Shown here: piece by piece, positions 1 through 9,243 of the stretch
Layout of the letters: each line of letters starts with the position of its first letter
How positions within the stretch are numbered: the stretch's first letter is position 1
NCBI GenBank assembly: GCA_029762535.1
Contig: JARVGK010000026.1
Location: 1-19,535 of the forward strand
Source of the DNA: Thermoplasmatota archaeon
Lineage (GTDB): Archaea; Thermoplasmatota; Penumbrarchaeia; Penumbrarchaeales; Penumbrarchaeaceae
Reading direction: 5' to 3'
Length of the DNA stretch: 19,535 nucleotides
The notes under the pieces: generated by a model
Told to the model about the DNA's origin: nothing
Seen by the model: only the letters and a program-made list of their open reading frames with translations
The model's database searches: none
Program-made: the position numbers and the translations under genes

Positions 1-239
1 ATGGTAACTGGTATGCAAAGTTGGTGAAAGCTTTAAAACTTGAGAACGTGCTTACTGTCTGAAAGGGTGACATATCTCCCTAGGTTCTACAAAACTCGTG
101 AAATAGGAAAAATAATACCATGATAACGGCCGCATGAACGCAAGATCCATCCCGCTCCCACTCTTTGGATCATTTATCATATATAGGAATTTATCAACAA
201 TGATTATGTATATGTTCCGGGAATGTACACGCGATCACA

Positions 240-635
240 ATGAAACGCCCTGATATTAAAGGGGTATCCCCGGTCATCGCCGTCATACTCATGGTAGCAA
301 TAGCGGTGATCCTTGCCGGGGTGGTCGCTCTGTGGGCGTTCAACTTCCTGGATTTCAAGAAGGAGAAAGCGGACCTCTACGTTTTCAACGTTCAATTGGA
401 TGCGACCAACGATCTGATATCGATCGATCTGGTAGCCGGAGACGCGCTCAACTCTTCTTTCATGTACGTTCACGTGGATTCCACTTCTGTCCGAGCGCCA
501 TCGGGCATGTACTACGCCGGGGACAGGATCGTCATCAACTCGCCAGAGGATCTCATACACGGCCAGGAATACATTGTAAAGATCGTCATCGATAACAAGG
601 TCGTCCTGGAAACGAAGAAGACAGCGGTCCAGTAG
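240..635 (+). CDS. Archaeal type IV pilin / archaellin-like protein (Pilin_N/DUF1628-type N-terminus)
   Basis: Class III signal peptide MKRPDIKG^VSPVIAVILMVAIAVILAGVVALW (KG cleavage site, then VSPVI and a hydrophobic helix), followed by a small beta-rich domain. Confidence 0.9.
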   Translation: MKRPDIKGVSPVIAVILMVAIAVILAGVVALWAFNFLDFKKEKADLYVFNVQLDATNDLISIDLVAGDALNSSFMYVHVDSTSVRAPSGMYYAGDRIVINSPEDLIHGQEYIVKIVIDNKVVLETKKTAVQ

Positions 636-638
636 AGC

Positions 639-881
639 CTATCGCTCGACTATTCTCACAGCCGCCATGAGACAGGCCATCCAATCGTCCGAGGCCCTTC
701 TTACGGACCCTATGTTGGGGCCCTTGATCAGCGCCCTGATGACCTCTCCATCCATCGATGTCATCACATGCTGGTCATCGTCCACCCTGATCGCCTCGAA
801 TACCCTCAGCGCCTCCTCAGGGGATCCCATTCTTATCTCTATGGTCAGGAACGGCTCATTCCCGCGATCCAATCTGCTCAC
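639..881 (-). CDS. pcc1: KEOPS complex subunit Pcc1
   Basis: 80 aa with a Pcc1-like pattern (SPEEALRVFEAIRVDD...SVRRASDDWMACL) at its usual position after the DHH gene in the rps15 cluster. The start may be TTG at 872, which has GGGTGA 5 nt upstream. Confidence 0.8.
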   Translation of the reverse strand: MSRLDRGNEPFLTIEIRMGSPEEALRVFEAIRVDDDQHVMTSMDGEVIRALIKGPNIGSVRRASDDWMACLMAAVRIVER

Positions 882-2250
882 CCACCATCGAATCGCATTT
901 CCTCAGGAAATCCTCTATGGCTCCGGCGGGAACGGTCGCTCCGGCAGCGACGTCGTGCCCCCCGCCCGAACCCCCAAGCTCCTTCGAGACCTCCGACATT
1001 ATCCTGCCGAGGTTCAAACCCCTCTTGCACAGTCCCCTGTTCCCCCTGGCCGAGACCTTCACGCTCTCGTCATCCGTGGAGAGGGCGAGCACGGGTCGGC
1101 TGTGGGAGAGTATGTAGTTGTGAGCGATGCCCGCGAGGATCCCGCCCATCTTATCCTCCTCCACATCCAACACGTCAATGTATTCCAGTCTTCGAGGTCC
1201 TTTCTGTGCTATCTTCCTAACCTCGGTCTGAACCCGGGACCTGTATGCCCTGCGCACCTCGGAGGCCCTCTCCCTGGCCTTCCTGGACCCGAATATCAGC
1301 TCTATGCCCGTTCCCGTCTCGGAGATCCTTCCGCAGGAATCGATGTCGAAGGCGAGGGACTGCACATCACCCCATTCCCGGGAATACACCCCCTCCCTGA
1401 ACAGTTCGTGGACCGCTCCAGGGTCCGCACCGGACCCGAGCATGTGAACGTAGAGATAGCTCTGCAGGAGCTTCAGCTTCTCCTTTTCCATGTCCATCAT
1501 GGTCGATTGGGGATCGACCCCTAAGGTGTTGAGGATCGATGTCACCTTCATGGGATTGCCCGAGAGATCGGTTATGAACGGGTCGTTGCTCATTATGAGG
1601 GATTCCTCCATGTTCCTTCCCTGGAGCGGGAGGCCTTTGATGACGCGCACCATCTGCCTGGAAACAAGATGGTCCGCAATGTTCTTGTTCAGCTCCGAGA
1701 AGGACGGGACGTTCTGCCTGTCAGCGATGGCTCCGGCCAGGGCGAAAACGCCAAGGTCGATGTTCTTGGGGGAAAGTGCGAGAGACATGAGGTATGCGAG
1801 CGTTGAGCCGCAGCATCCAGTGGAACCGTTTATTCCGTGGAAGCGCGGATTGATCTCGAGTATGCCCCTGCCGTCGGATATGGAATAAGGATCCCCCCTG
1901 CCATCGGGGAGGTGATGATCGAGTAATATGCATCTGAATCCGGCCTCCATCGCTCTGGAGGAGATCTCCCTGGCCATGGACGAGCCCATGTCACAGACGA
2001 TCAGGAGATTGCCGGCGCCGTCGAGCCCATCGATATCACGGGATGTCATGACGCTCATGGTCGATGAGTGGAACCTCTTGTCGAAGCGGAATAGCGATAC
2101 GGAAACGATCCCCGCGGAGCAGATACCGTCCCCGTCGTAATGGGATATAACCCTGATCATGCCCTCGGTGGATTCGATGAGGGACGTCGCCTCCCTGAAA
2201 CGGGAGATAAGCGTATCGGATACTGCCATCGGCACTAAAGGGTCTTCCAT
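856..2250 (-). CDS. DHH/DHHA1 family phosphoesterase (RecJ/Cdc45-like single-strand exonuclease linked to rps15)
   Basis: Motifs SHYDGDG, CDMGS, LDHH and C-terminal GGGHDVAAG; conserved rps15-DHH-pcc1 order. ATG at 2250 preferred over GTG at 2259. Confidence 0.92.
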   Translation of the reverse strand: MEDPLVPMAVSDTLISRFREATSLIESTEGMIRVISHYDGDGICSAGIVSVSLFRFDKRFHSSTMSVMTSRDIDGLDGAGNLLIVCDMGSSMAREISSRAMEAGFRCILLDHHLPDGRGDPYSISDGRGILEINPRFHGINGSTGCCGSTLAYLMSLALSPKNIDLGVFALAGAIADRQNVPSFSELNKNIADHLVSRQMVRVIKGLPLQGRNMEESLIMSNDPFITDLSGNPMKVTSILNTLGVDPQSTMMDMEKEKLKLLQSYLYVHMLGSGADPGAVHELFREGVYSREWGDVQSLAFDIDSCGRISETGTGIELIFGSRKARERASEVRRAYRSRVQTEVRKIAQKGPRRLEYIDVLDVEEDKMGGILAGIAHNYILSHSRPVLALSTDDESVKVSARGNRGLCKRGLNLGRIMSEVSKELGGSGGGHDVAAGATVPAGAIEDFLRKCDSMVGEQIGSRE

Positions 2251-2272
2251 GGTCCACACTCGGAGTGGACGC

Positions 2273-2298
2273 TATAAATGTCCAACCGATATAAATGT
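2273..2298 (-). promoter_or_regulatory. Tandem TATA-box-like elements upstream of the DHH gene
   Basis: ACATTTATA (minus strand) occurs at 2273-2281 and 2290-2298; the proximal copy is about 23-28 nt upstream of the ATG at 2250. Confidence 0.5.
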
Positions 2299-2310
2299 TA
2301 GACTCCAAGC

Positions 2311-2769
2311 TCAATCAGATACGGTCAGCTTGGCCATCTTGGGGCTGTATGACCATGTCGATGGGAGCACCCCGGTCCTCTTGTAGTAGTTCCCGAGCCT
2401 CCTGATCTTGGCCTCGGTCAGCTGCAGGGCCCTCCTGTTGTGAAGGTCCTTGGCATTGCTGTCCATGTGCCTGTGCAGCCTCACAGCCGTGGTCATGAGT
2501 ATGCGTATGTCCTCGGGGAGTTTCATCTCGACCTTGTTCTCCCGAAGGATCGTGTACATCGATTTGCCAAAAGCGGTCTTGACATCTGGAACTCCATGGA
2601 CGTCCCTTAGCTCTATCCCGATCCTGGAAGTGGTATAGCCCTTGTTGTAAAGGTCGATGATCGTGGTCGTAACCTCTTTCTCATCTACCTTGAGCCAATC
2701 AGGCTTCGCGGTCCTGTAGGGCTTCCTCGATCCGGACTTACCCCTTCGGCGTGCGTGGATCCTTGCCAT
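2311..2769 (-). CDS. rps15: 30S ribosomal protein S15 (uS15, archaeal S15P/S13e)
   Basis: MARIHARRRGKSGSRKP N-terminus, IGIELRDVHGVPDVK, LPED, KDLHNRRALQLTEAKIRRLGNYYK. Confidence 0.99.
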   Translation of the reverse strand: MARIHARRRGKSGSRKPYRTAKPDWLKVDEKEVTTTIIDLYNKGYTTSRIGIELRDVHGVPDVKTAFGKSMYTILRENKVEMKLPEDIRILMTTAVRLHRHMDSNAKDLHNRRALQLTEAKIRRLGNYYKRTGVLPSTWSYSPKMAKLTVSD

Positions 2770-2809
2770 GCTAGATCTACTCCATTGCGGTAGGGGGTGG
2801 GATTATGCT

Positions 2810-2825
2810 TTTGATATATAAGCCT
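2810..2825 (-). promoter_or_regulatory. TATA box of rps15
   Basis: Minus-strand GGCTTATATATCAA about 45 nt upstream of the start codon. Confidence 0.55.
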
Positions 2826-2876
2826 TGGTCAGGATGAAGCCTTTCGGCATTGGTTATCTTTTACCCCCGATGCGTA

Positions 2877-5800
2877 TCATTCCTCATCGGACCTGGACCT
2901 GGTCCCGATCACGATCAAGGCGACCGCGATCAGCAGGATTGCCACCATCAGGACGATCAGCAGCAGTATTATGATCCACCATGGGAACGGGTCCTTCTCG
3001 CCGTCCGGAGGTTCCGGGTCCGGATCGGGTTCCGGTCTTTCAGGAACCGATATGGATATCTCCTGGGACAATGGACCGTCCCCTATGGAATTGACCGCAA
3101 GTACCGCGTAGCGGTACGTTGTCCCGTTCTCCACTTCGGTGTCCAGAAGCTCAAGCGGTCCGGAGACTTCCATGAAACGGACCATATCGCTCGTATTTAC
3201 GGCCCTGTACACGACATATCCCGTAACGGGGCTTCCGCCGTCATCCGCCGGAGGATCCCATGTGAGAAGGACCCCGTCCGCTCCCAGGACGGCCGAGAGG
3301 GATCGCGGGGAGGAGGGCGCTGTCAGCTCGGGTATGGAGGCGCTCACGACCGGTGCGAGCTCTGAGAGCCCCATAACGTTCATGGCCCTCACCGAATAAT
3401 AGTATGTGGCCCCCCTATCAACTCCATCATCGACGAATGAGGTGCCATCTACCGAGGCGATGACCTCCAGCTCATCCTCGGATATGCCCCTCAATACCTC
3501 GAAACCCATGACGGGCCAACCCCCATCATCGGATGGAGGGTCCCAAGACAGACTTATCTGGGCCCCTTCCACGCTCGCGTTCAGGTTCCGGGGGATCCCA
3601 GGTACCGTCTCCCCATCGAGGACCACCACGGTCCCGCTCAGGTTCATCCAGTCCAGTGGACGGATTATGACCGTCTCTCCGGGACCAACGGTGATCCCGG
3701 ACCTGGTCGCCGTTGGCAGATAGGGGGCCTCGGGCGCGTAAGAGCTGTTCCAAACAAGATGGCAAAGGACATTCGATGTGAACTCAACGTCGAATGTGGT
3801 AGGTCCTCCTCCGAGGTTGGTGAATACGATCCCGTCATAACCCTCTGTGACCTTCAACGAATGCTGGCCGTCCCCATGCTCCTCATCGCTGTTGAGCTCC
3901 GCACCGATCACCTTGAAGGTCCTGAAACCCTCTCCGTAATCGTGGACTATGCTGGCATTGTACTCCTTGCTCTCGTCGTCGGAGCCGTAGTTCATCTCGC
4001 CCTGGTACGGATTCCCATCGGGATATACGACGGAAACCTTGTCGTTGGACCCCGGGCCCACCTCTGCGTCCTCTATGTAGAAAGCGGAGCTGTTGTCCTT
4101 GATCTCGGACCAGTTGTAATGTCCGTCCTCGGTACCGGTGATATGAGTGGTGTAGTTCCCGTCGGGGAGGAGATACGATGAGGGTTTGGCCCCGGCCCCT
4201 CCGAACATGGGCAGAGGATATGCTTCGGGCATACCCCATATTATCGATCCGTTATCCGACACCCCTACCTCGTTGCCGCCCTCGTCCTCTATCCTGACGG
4301 AGGCGGATCCGGCAAGGAGGTTGATAATCCCCTCGACGGACAGAGGAAGGGTCCTTTTTCCGTTTATCGTGTCATAATCCACCATGGCCAGCCCCACGTT
4401 GCTGGTCCAGAGCGTCCCGTCGGGCCATTCGAACTCCCAGTCCCAGTAGACGCCCGAGCGCTCGATCTCTATGTAGGGTGGATGTGAGTTCCAATCGTCT
4501 GAGCTCTGGGCCACCTGGACCGCCGTTTCCGGGTCCGAGAACTCAGGCCTGTTGGAGTCATAGACGTAGAACCTGACCCGATCCCCCGTGTCCTCATAGG
4601 CGTAAGGGACCACTGCATGGGCGCCTTCGTCGCATATCATGGTGGCGATGCCGAGCTTCCCTGAGTCTATCAGCAATTTCATGGCGGAGATCCATACCCC
4701 GATCCCGGTCACGTCCGAGGACGGGACAAGGCTGTTGATAAGGGTATAGAGGTATTTATTGAGTATCTCAGCGCTGAGCTGGGCCCCCTGCCTCCATTGT
4801 ATGTAGTTGAGGAACTGCCCCGTACGTTCGAGATCGTTCCAGTCCGGGACCGACTGGCCGAACTGGGAGGTGGTGACGTCGCCATGATAATACTGAAGGG
4901 CTGTGGTGCTCATACCGAAGCACTCCCCACCTCTGGCCATGTAATGGAAGACCGCGCCATAAAGGATTGCGGCCAGGGGACAAGGGGCGAAGGGTTCCTC
5001 TATCTCGTATCCAAGGCAACCCCATCCCGTCCAGGGGGTCCAGTAAGGCAGACCTATGCATATCCAAAGGTTGAGATACACCTGAAGGTCGAAAGCATCC
5101 CTGTACCTGCCCGTACCCCAGGGATTCCAGGGGTAACTGAGGGTGTGCGTGGCGCCGTTGTCGAAGCCGATGCCATGCTCGTATTGCCATAAGGGCTCCA
5201 GGAATATCTCTATCTGTTCGCTCGACGTATCCTCTCCGTACAACGTCCTTAGTATCACATCGTGTATGCCCAACGAAACAGTGGCGGGAAGGACAAATGT
5301 ATACTGGTTGTCAGGGTCGGGATTGCCCTCGAGAGGCATCGTCGGGACGGAACCGATCACCGTCGTACCGAAAAGGATGTCGGCCCCCATCATCTGAGTC
5401 CCCGTGATCGTGAAGGTGGTACCGGACCACCCAACATTGGGGCTGATATCGGTGATCTGGGGCGGAAGTGGTGTGATGTGGACCGATGTCCTGTCTATAT
5501 TGTAGAGCAGCACGCTGCCGTGGTCGATCCCGTCCCTTACTTCCAACTGGAAGACAAGGTTCACAGCGTAATTGGTGAGCTCGACGCTGAAGTAGGGCCT
5601 GGCTGTCGAGGCATCCTGAAGTGTCACTGTGATAGGCGCGGGCATCACCTGCGTCCATACGTATATGAGCGGATCCCCGTCAGGATCGTAGGAGGACCTG
5701 CCGTCAAGATATATCCTTGTGCCCTCGACGGATGTCTGGTCCGGCCCTGCGATGGCCACCGGAGGACGGTTGAACGATATCGTGTCGAATATGTAGAAGG

Positions 5801-7172
5801 GGTTGTTCGACACCACGCTCTTGGGTAATTGGCCGCTTATTGTTATCGTCAGCTTCACCCTGGCGGTGTATGTGTCCACGGCGGGGGCGACCCAGCCGTA
5901 GCTGTTGGGCAGACCGGGTCCGGGATAAAGAGTGTTTATCGTGGTGTAGCTCGCTCCGTTATCGGTCGAGTATTCCATCTTTATGCTCAGTATGGACAGG
6001 ATCCCCGTCATGCTCCATCTAATATTATAGGTCTCGCCGGAGCCTATGACCACCCCTCCTTCAACCGGAGGATTCGGATCTATCAGGGTGATGGAAGGGG
6101 TGGAGGAACTTGATATGATCGTGTTATCCGCAGAGGATGAATCAGAGTCATAGTAGTACCACTCTCCATACAAGGTGCTGACCTGTATCCTCAAATGCGT
6201 CGTGGGTATGTTCGGGACCTTCCAATCGTATGAGAAATCGTTATCGTGATAGCCCATGGAGGTCCAGTCCGTACCGCTGTTCGTAGAATAGCGTATATGG
6301 ACGCCGATGAGGACCTGCTCCGGATCGGCCGATGTCCTCCACGTGATGGTGTAGGTCGTCTCCGCCACCAATGTAACTCCTCCGTCGGGGGTCAAAAGCG
6401 TGACCCCCGGGGATATGATGTCGAACTCCGGAGTTGTCGCCGTGTAAAGGGTGGACGTGTTTCCCGCGGTCCTCGCCTCCACTCTAATCTGGCATTTCCC
6501 CGATTCGAAGTATGGCGGCGTCCACCATATCCAACCCTTGGTGGGATCGTACCAATCGTAGAACGAGTTGATGGAAGCCCATCCCCCCCAGCCTGATCCG
6601 TCGTTGGTCCTGATGCTGAACTTCAATCCGGCGATCTTACCCTCGGGATCATATAGGTCCCATTTTGTAAGGTAATACTTGCCGTATGCGACCGTGTCCG
6701 GGTTCTCTGTGAACTCGAGATAAACATCCAATTTGATCGTGAAGTCGGAGTCCGATTCGTCCTCCGCGATGAGGTTGTACGGAGGCATCAACGAGTCGAC
6801 CCATTTTACCGAGATCCTGCATTTGGTGCTGTTTATGTTCGCAGGTATGATCCAATCGTAGGACCCAACCCCGTGGAAAGGGCTATTGGCCATCGTCTTG
6901 ATCGCTTCCCAGGTCCTGCCCCCGTCCAATGAGAGGGATATACCTATGTGGCCGCCCGTGTTCGATACTGACCATCTTATCTTCTGTGTGGATCCCGCCG
7001 TCCAGGATTCGCCCCCGTTGGGATTGAGCACGGTCAGGGTCTCTTTCGCATCGGTATCTCCCATCAGCGGGATGACGACGATCAACAGCATCATCACGAT
7101 CAACATGCTCAGAAGCGATGAGTTGTGGCCCCTTTTCCTTCCGATAGAGAATTCGGTTTGTAACACACCCAT
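2877..7172 (-). CDS. Large membrane-anchored surface protein: signal peptide, about 4 Ig-like 'PNGGE' modules, PKD, IPT/TIG, putative papain-like cysteine peptidase domain, 2 x FN3, Pro-rich linker, C-terminal TM helix
   Basis: LTVLNPNGGESWTAGSTQKIRW-type repeats; NRPPVAIAGPDQ...LDGRSSYDPDGD (PKD); PQITDISPNVG (IPT); GGECFGMS / GAHAVV / YVYDSN; two WDPPxDDGG...Y FN3 domains; PEPDPDPEPP then a hydrophobic helix. Confidence 0.85.
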   Translation of the reverse strand: MGVLQTEFSIGRKRGHNSSLLSMLIVMMLLIVVIPLMGDTDAKETLTVLNPNGGESWTAGSTQKIRWSVSNTGGHIGISLSLDGGRTWEAIKTMANSPFHGVGSYDWIIPANINSTKCRISVKWVDSLMPPYNLIAEDESDSDFTIKLDVYLEFTENPDTVAYGKYYLTKWDLYDPEGKIAGLKFSIRTNDGSGWGGWASINSFYDWYDPTKGWIWWTPPYFESGKCQIRVEARTAGNTSTLYTATTPEFDIISPGVTLLTPDGGVTLVAETTYTITWRTSADPEQVLIGVHIRYSTNSGTDWTSMGYHDNDFSYDWKVPNIPTTHLRIQVSTLYGEWYYYDSDSSSADNTIISSSSTPSITLIDPNPPVEGGVVIGSGETYNIRWSMTGILSILSIKMEYSTDNGASYTTINTLYPGPGLPNSYGWVAPAVDTYTARVKLTITISGQLPKSVVSNNPFYIFDTISFNRPPVAIAGPDQTSVEGTRIYLDGRSSYDPDGDPLIYVWTQVMPAPITVTLQDASTARPYFSVELTNYAVNLVFQLEVRDGIDHGSVLLYNIDRTSVHITPLPPQITDISPNVGWSGTTFTITGTQMMGADILFGTTVIGSVPTMPLEGNPDPDNQYTFVLPATVSLGIHDVILRTLYGEDTSSEQIEIFLEPLWQYEHGIGFDNGATHTLSYPWNPWGTGRYRDAFDLQVYLNLWICIGLPYWTPWTGWGCLGYEIEEPFAPCPLAAILYGAVFHYMARGGECFGMSTTALQYYHGDVTTSQFGQSVPDWNDLERTGQFLNYIQWRQGAQLSAEILNKYLYTLINSLVPSSDVTGIGVWISAMKLLIDSGKLGIATMICDEGAHAVVPYAYEDTGDRVRFYVYDSNRPEFSDPETAVQVAQSSDDWNSHPPYIEIERSGVYWDWEFEWPDGTLWTSNVGLAMVDYDTINGKRTLPLSVEGIINLLAGSASVRIEDEGGNEVGVSDNGSIIWGMPEAYPLPMFGGAGAKPSSYLLPDGNYTTHITGTEDGHYNWSEIKDNSSAFYIEDAEVGPGSNDKVSVVYPDGNPYQGEMNYGSDDESKEYNASIVHDYGEGFRTFKVIGAELNSDEEHGDGQHSLKVTEGYDGIVFTNLGGGPTTFDVEFTSNVLCHLVWNSSYAPEAPYLPTATRSGITVGPGETVIIRPLDWMNLSGTVVVLDGETVPGIPRNLNASVEGAQISLSWDPPSDDGGWPVMGFEVLRGISEDELEVIASVDGTSFVDDGVDRGATYYYSVRAMNVMGLSELAPVVSASIPELTAPSSPRSLSAVLGADGVLLTWDPPADDGGSPVTGYVVYRAVNTSDMVRFMEVSGPLELLDTEVENGTTYRYAVLAVNSIGDGPLSQEISISVPERPEPDPDPEPPDGEKDPFPWWIIILLLIVLMVAILLIAVALIVIGTRSRSDEE

Positions 7173-7246
7173 GGTTTTTTCCCCCTAATGTAAGCATGGT
7201 ACCGAGATTATAAGTAATTTATCGTGGGTGAAGCGGACATATGGTT

Positions 7247-8440
7247 TCAGGAGATATCCAATATATCGAGCGGCTCGATGATCTCTATCCCCTCAATGGA
7301 GACCATGTCCCTATCCGGAACGATCAGGACCTTCCTCAGATCGGGATACCTATCAAGGTTCTTCTCCACGGTCGATACGTCCTTGCGGTCCAACCTCTTC
7401 TTCCACTTGACCTCGACAACCGCTTTGGGCTTGTTGAAGCGCACGAGAATACCGTCAACCTCCCCTGAGGGGGACATATCCAGATGCGGTACCGCCCCTA
7501 AACGGTCCGCAAGGCAGTCTCTCAGCACATCCTCCATCACCCTGGGTACTATCTGGTCCATTATCGATCGCCCTTCGTCAACGGTCATCTCCCTGTTGGA
7601 TATACCATACCTCTCGTCGATCGAATAATATGCGCTCATCAGAGGCGACACATGCCTGAACACAAACCTTTTCCTACCCCAAACAATATATTTTCTGAGG
7701 ATCCCCAGGTCGCATAGGTTCCTGATATATTGCTGGAGCAGTGAAGGATCGTCCTTACGAATAAGTTTCCTGGAGAAGGCGAACGATGACATCTCCCCCG
7801 ATGTTGACCTTCCCACAGCGACCGAGCGAAGGACGGATTCGTAGATCTCCGAGAGTTTCCTGTCCTCCTCGGTGAAGATCTCCCCGATGAGAGACGATAC
7901 GGTCAAAGCAGAACCGATGATGGTATCGACGGGATCGTTATATCCCAGGGCAATGACCATCGGTTCTTTCATGAAGGCCAACATCTCATATCGGCCCTTA
8001 CCCCTCCATCTCGTTGATGCCAGCAGATCGATGAAATCAACAGGCGGTACCTTCACCTCCTGGACCTTGCCTAGAAGGGGAGAGGACCCGGACAGAAGGG
8101 TTCTGGAAAGATGCAATGTGGAGGAGATCAAGATGAGCTTCCCTTTCATATCCATTGCATGCAGGATATCGAAAAAACCCTCCCCCAGCCTGTGAAACTC
8201 ATCGACCACCACCGTCCTATCGTCCTTTAGGTCCCTCCCCAATCTGTCGATGAACACATCGTAAGGGACCTGTGTCATATCCTCCTCGAGAATTGTCCGG
8301 TCCCTTCCAACGAAATAGAACCTGTCATATCTTTGGAATTGCTTGACCAAAAATGTCTTTCCGGTCTTCCTTCTCCCATATACCATCACCCAACTTCCTG
8401 ATGTGATCCTCCTCGTTAGTTCGGGCCTAACAATAATCAT
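7247..8440 (-). CDS. Archaeal ATPase (ATPase_2-like) with wHTH and C-terminal PD-(D/E)xK nuclease-like domain (DUF234 type)
   Basis: Walker A YGRRKTGKT, Walker B VVVDEFH, wHTH segment LQQYIRNLCDLGIL, C-terminal GEVDGI...VEVKWK. Confidence 0.85.
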   Translation of the reverse strand: MIIVRPELTRRITSGSWVMVYGRRKTGKTFLVKQFQRYDRFYFVGRDRTILEEDMTQVPYDVFIDRLGRDLKDDRTVVVDEFHRLGEGFFDILHAMDMKGKLILISSTLHLSRTLLSGSSPLLGKVQEVKVPPVDFIDLLASTRWRGKGRYEMLAFMKEPMVIALGYNDPVDTIIGSALTVSSLIGEIFTEEDRKLSEIYESVLRSVAVGRSTSGEMSSFAFSRKLIRKDDPSLLQQYIRNLCDLGILRKYIVWGRKRFVFRHVSPLMSAYYSIDERYGISNREMTVDEGRSIMDQIVPRVMEDVLRDCLADRLGAVPHLDMSPSGEVDGILVRFNKPKAVVEVKWKKRLDRKDVSTVEKNLDRYPDLRKVLIVPDRDMVSIEGIEIIEPLDILDIS

Positions 8441-8465
8441 GATAAGTATAATGGTGATTATTGTT
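8429..8465. promoter_or_regulatory. 11-bp inverted repeat spanning the ATPase start codon (candidate operator)
   Basis: AACAATAATCA (8429-8439) / TGATTATTGTT (8455-8465): perfect match, 15-bp spacer. Confidence 0.55.
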
Positions 8466-8580
8466 TATCAATCTATCTGTCCCGTTAGCGGATGCCGTGT
8501 CAATAGATCGACATCAAGGGTAAAATGGATGATGCACTTACCGTATCACGACCTATCCAAGGATCTGGACTGGTGAGAAA

Positions 8581-9108
8581 ATGGCGATATGGGAGTTCGA
8601 AGGCAAGAGGCCCACGATCGGCAAGGGATCGTTCGTGTTCCCTACGGCCGATGTGATAGGAGATGTGATCATTGGAGAGGATTGTTACATAGGTCCGGGG
8701 GCAAGGGTGAGGGGCGATTACGGATCGATCCGGATCGGGAACGGGTCCGCGATCGAGGAGAACGTCGTGGTCCATGCCCGGCCGAACGACAAGACGGTCA
8801 TAGGGGATCACGTGACCGTGGGGCACGGGGCCATAATCCATAACGCCACCGTCCGCGACTGGGCAGTTCTGGGGATGGGATCGATAGTTAGCGACTGGGC
8901 GGTGGTGGGGGAATGGGCCGTCATCGGGGAAGGGGCCCTCGTCAAGAACAAACAGGAGATCCCCCCGGGAAAGATCGCCGTGGGGATCCCGGCGAAGGTG
9001 ATCGCGGATGTGTCCGGGGAATACATGGAACAGTGGACCCACTTCAAGAAGGTCTATGTCGATCTTGCGAACAGGAGATATCCGATCACTTTGAAGAGGA
9101 TCGATTAG
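8581..9108 (+). CDS. Gamma carbonic anhydrase family protein (hexapeptide repeat; CaiE/PaaY-like)
   Basis: Left-handed beta-helix hexapeptides, VIGDVIIG, RGDYG, Zn-ligand histidines in VVHARP and VGHGAIIH; RBS GGTGA 4 nt before ATG. Confidence 0.93.
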   Translation: MAIWEFEGKRPTIGKGSFVFPTADVIGDVIIGEDCYIGPGARVRGDYGSIRIGNGSAIEENVVVHARPNDKTVIGDHVTVGHGAIIHNATVRDWAVLGMGSIVSDWAVVGEWAVIGEGALVKNKQEIPPGKIAVGIPAKVIADVSGEYMEQWTHFKKVYVDLANRRYPITLKRID

Positions 9109-9120
9109 TTCGCTGTCTGC

Positions 9121-9185
9121 GTTTCCAACGTATACGAATCCAATAAAAACAATAGTTGGAGTTTATGCCTATTCTATCGATAGAG
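9121..9185 (+). repeat. Degenerate direct repeat, copy 1 (flanks the AAA_14 ATPase gene)
   Basis: Perfect 17-bp core ATAGTTGGAGTTTATGC at 9152-9168, with partial identity to 10627-10692 on both sides. Confidence 0.75.
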
Positions 9186-9243
9186 TTTCTTCGCCTTCAG
9201 CATCGCAGGGTATTGTTGGAGAATGACTTCTTGAACTACCTCT

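Noticed and set aside
1-239. Possible gene or RNA at the left edge
   Set aside because: AT-rich, with no supported ORF or recognisable RNA fold; probably promoter or intergenic sequence.
667-1524. 285-aa plus-strand ORF and the many other antisense or overlapping ORFs in the track
   Set aside because: Shadow ORFs of well-supported genes, expected in GC-rich coding DNA.
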